In this document: in pieces, positions 62,218-64,000 of the stretch
Position numbering within the stretch: position 1 is the stretch's first letter
Layout: the number at the start of each line of letters is the position of its first letter
DNA from: an uncultured Alphaproteobacteria bacterium
GTDB lineage: Bacteria > Pseudomonadota > Alphaproteobacteria > HIMB59 > GCA-002718135
Direction: 5' to 3'
DNA: 64,000 bases
NCBI GenBank assembly: GCA_902553945.1
Contig: CACDMT010000002.1
Location: 8,083 to 72,082 of the forward strand
Translations under genes and position numbers: made by a program
The notes under the pieces: generated by a model
Databases searched by the model: none
Seen by the model: the letters and a program-made list of their open reading frames with translations, nothing else
Told to the model about the DNA's origin: nothing

Positions 62218-64000
62218 GCGGAAAAATTACAATTACATTTCCTGATGGAAACAAAAAAGAAGTAGATAAGGGAATTAGTGGATTAGACCTAGCTTCACAG
62301 ATTTCTAAATCACTTGCTAAAGAATCAGTTGCTATAAAAATAAACGATGAAATAAAGGATATTAGCTTACCTATTAATAGTGAAGCATCCGTTGCAATTT
62401 TAAAAAAAGATAGTGAAGAAGCTCTTGAACTAATTCGACATGATTGTGCACATGTGATGGCGGAAGCAGTTCAAGAATTGTTTCCTGGTACACAAGTTAC
62501 TATTGGTCCGGCTATTGAAAATGGTTTCTATTATGATTTTGCGAGAAACGAACCATTTACTTTATCTGATCTTCCAAAGATTGAAAAAAAAATGCATGAA
62601 ATTATTCAGCGTAATGAAAGTTTTGTCAGGGAAGTATGGTCTAAGGATGAGGCGATAAAATATTTTAAAGATAAGGGTGAGAACTACAAGGTTGAATTAA
62701 TAAATGATTTATCTGATAATGAGGAAATTAGTATTTACAAACAAGGTGGTTGGTTGGACTTATGCCGAGGCCCTCATATGGTTTCAACAAAGCAGATTGG
62801 TAAAGCATTTAAATTAATGAAAGTTGCTGGTGCGTATTGGAGAGGAGATTCGTCTAATACAATGCTTACGAGAATTTATGGTACGGCATGGGCGACTGAG
62901 AAAGATCTTGAACAACATCTATTGCAAATTGAAGAAGCAGAAAAAAGAGATCACCGCAAACTTGGAAAAGAAATGGATCTATTTCATTTTCAAGAGGAGG
63001 CTCCAGGAGCTGTTTTTTGGCACCCTAAAGGTTGGACGTTGTTCCAATCTTTAATAAATTATATGCGAAACAGACAAGATAAGGCAGGTTATGTAGAAAC
63101 TAATACACCAGATATGATGGATAAGTCTCTATGGGAAACCTCTGGTCATTGGGACAAGTTTAGTGACATGATGTTTAGGACTGAAGCAAAGGATGACAAA
63201 ATTTATGCAATCAAACCAATGAATTGCCCTGGTGCTGTAGAAATTTTTAAACAAGGTTTAAAAAGTTATAGAGACCTTCCATTTCTATTATCTGAATTTG
63301 GAAAAGTACATCGTTATGAACCTTCAGGAGCCCTTCACGGATTAATGCGAGTAAGAGCATTCACACAAGATGATGCGCATATATTTTGTACAGAAGATCA
63401 AATAACTCAAGAGAGTAAAACTGTATGTGACTTGATACTAAGTATTTATAAAGATTTTGGTTTTAATAATGTTAGAATTAAGTTTTCTGACAGACCAGAA
63501 AAACGGGTAGGAGATGATGTTGTTTGGGATAAGGCTGAGGCTGCATTAATGCATGCCATGGAAGCAACAGGTCTTGAATATACACTTAACCCAGGAGAAG
63601 GTGCGTTTTACGGTCCAAAATTAGAGTTTGTTTTAAGGGATGCAATTGGAAGAGATTGGCAATGTGGAACATTACAAGTAGATTTAAACTTACCAGGGAG
63701 ACTAGGCGCAACTTATGTTGGAGAGGATGGTAATAAAAAAACACCAGTTATGCTTCATAGGGCACTCTTTGGGTCTCTAGAAAGATTTACGGGTATACTT
63801 ATTGAACATTATGCTGGTCATCTACCACTGTGGCTTTCACCATTGCAAGTAATGGTAGCAACAATTACTTCTGATACTGATGATTATGCAACTGAGGTTA
63901 AAAATGCATTGATCAAAAATGGTATTAGGGCTGATGTAGATTTAAGAAATGAAAAAATAGGTTATAAAATTCGTGAACATAGCAATAGTAAGGTCCCTAT
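62214..64000 (+). CDS. thrS: threonine--tRNA ligase (partial; continues past the window end)
   Basis: Not in the ORF track. The ATG at 62214 overlaps the cysS stop (ATGA). It has a TGS-domain start ([17 protein letters not shown]), later [30 protein letters not shown], and ends with ...[15 protein letters not shown] at the window edge. Confidence 0.9.
   Translation, partial: MSGKITITFPDGNKKEVDKGISGLDLASQISKSLAKESVAIKINDEIKDISLPINSEASVAILKKDSEEALELIRHDCAHVMAEAVQELFPGTQVTIGPAIENGFYYDFARNEPFTLSDLPKIEKKMHEIIQRNESFVREVWSKDEAIKYFKDKGENYKVELINDLSDNEEISIYKQGGWLDLCRGPHMVSTKQIGKAFKLMKVAGAYWRGDSSNTMLTRIYGTAWATEKDLEQHLLQIEEAEKRDHRKLGKEMDLFHFQEEAPGAVFWHPKGWTLFQSLINYMRNRQDKAGYVETNTPDMMDKSLWETSGHWDKFSDMMFRTEAKDDKIYAIKPMNCPGAVEIFKQGLKSYRDLPFLLSEFGKVHRYEPSGALHGLMRVRAFTQDDAHIFCTEDQITQESKTVCDLILSIYKDFGFNNVRIKFSDRPEKRVGDDVVWDKAEAALMHAMEATGLEYTLNPGEGAFYGPKLEFVLRDAIGRDWQCGTLQVDLNLPGRLGATYVGEDGNKKTPVMLHRALFGSLERFTGILIEHYAGHLPLWLSPLQVMVATITSDTDDYATEVKNALIKNGIRADVDLRNEKIGYKIREHSNSKVP

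Noticed and set aside
62824-63054. 76-aa plus-strand ORF listed in the track.
   Set aside because: It lies inside thrS but in a different frame ((62824-62214) mod 3 = 1). The thrS frame here gives the conserved [13 protein letters not shown] segment.
1-64000. Scan for rRNA, tRNA, CRISPR arrays, transposases, integrases, prophage genes and long direct repeats.
   Set aside because: - No GC-rich tRNA-like segments (for example a GGTTCGAATCC-type T-arm) were seen in any intergenic gap.
- No regularly spaced repeats were seen.
- No ORFs with DDE, tyrosine-recombinase or serine-recombinase patterns were seen.
- The visual scan could miss degenerate elements.

Overview
Very AT-rich, extremely gene-dense bacterial chromosome segment. 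It carries about 62 protein genes, most intergenic gaps are under 100 nt, and many starts and stops overlap. Composition, streamlining and gene content look like a marine SAR11/Pelagibacterales-type alphaproteobacterium; this is inference, not a database hit. I saw no rRNA, tRNA, CRISPR array, transposase or integrase.

Layout:
- 1-6.1 kb: housekeeping genes (rimI-like partial, tsaB, polysaccharide deacetylase, glucosaminidase, Nfu, trpS, murJ).
- 6.2-22.4 kb: a contiguous phosphate-stress toolkit. It holds phoR-pstSCAB-phoU-phoB preceded by a SET-domain gene, the plcP-glycosyltransferase lipid-remodelling pair, a MIP channel, ppx, sixA-ppk, arsC with a small membrane protein, and a DUF47-PiT pair.
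- 22.4-37.6 kb: a non-canonical phosphonate/organophosphorus neighbourhood. phnW and phnA-phnY are split apart. They are interleaved with a PhnZ-like HD protein, a CX5R phosphatase, an AllA-like cupin, a metallophosphoesterase, a MetE-like/Fe-ADH/methyltransferase trio and a sugar-type (CUT1) ABC importer.
- 37.7-55.6 kb: mixed housekeeping and transport genes (zinc-ribbon proteins, MFS, msrPQ, family-5 SBP, EamA, adenosine kinase/deaminase, M48 peptidase, Fe3+-type ABC, HupE, sHSP, O-methyltransferase, deoA-PNP-cdd).
- 55.6-60.4 kb: a visibly even more AT-rich pabB-pabA-pabC-folP-folB-folK operon with a convergent trpF-like gene.
- 60.4-64 kb: DUF2141, cysS and partial thrS.

The most interesting candidate for an undescribed system is the 22.4-37.6 kb block. 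It holds several enzymes with no assigned role in known phosphonate pathways. It also lacks the canonical phosphonate transporters, PhnY*, PhnX and C-P lyase.

All functional calls come from motif and pattern recognition on the translations. Regulatory-site calls are low confidence because the background is so AT-rich.
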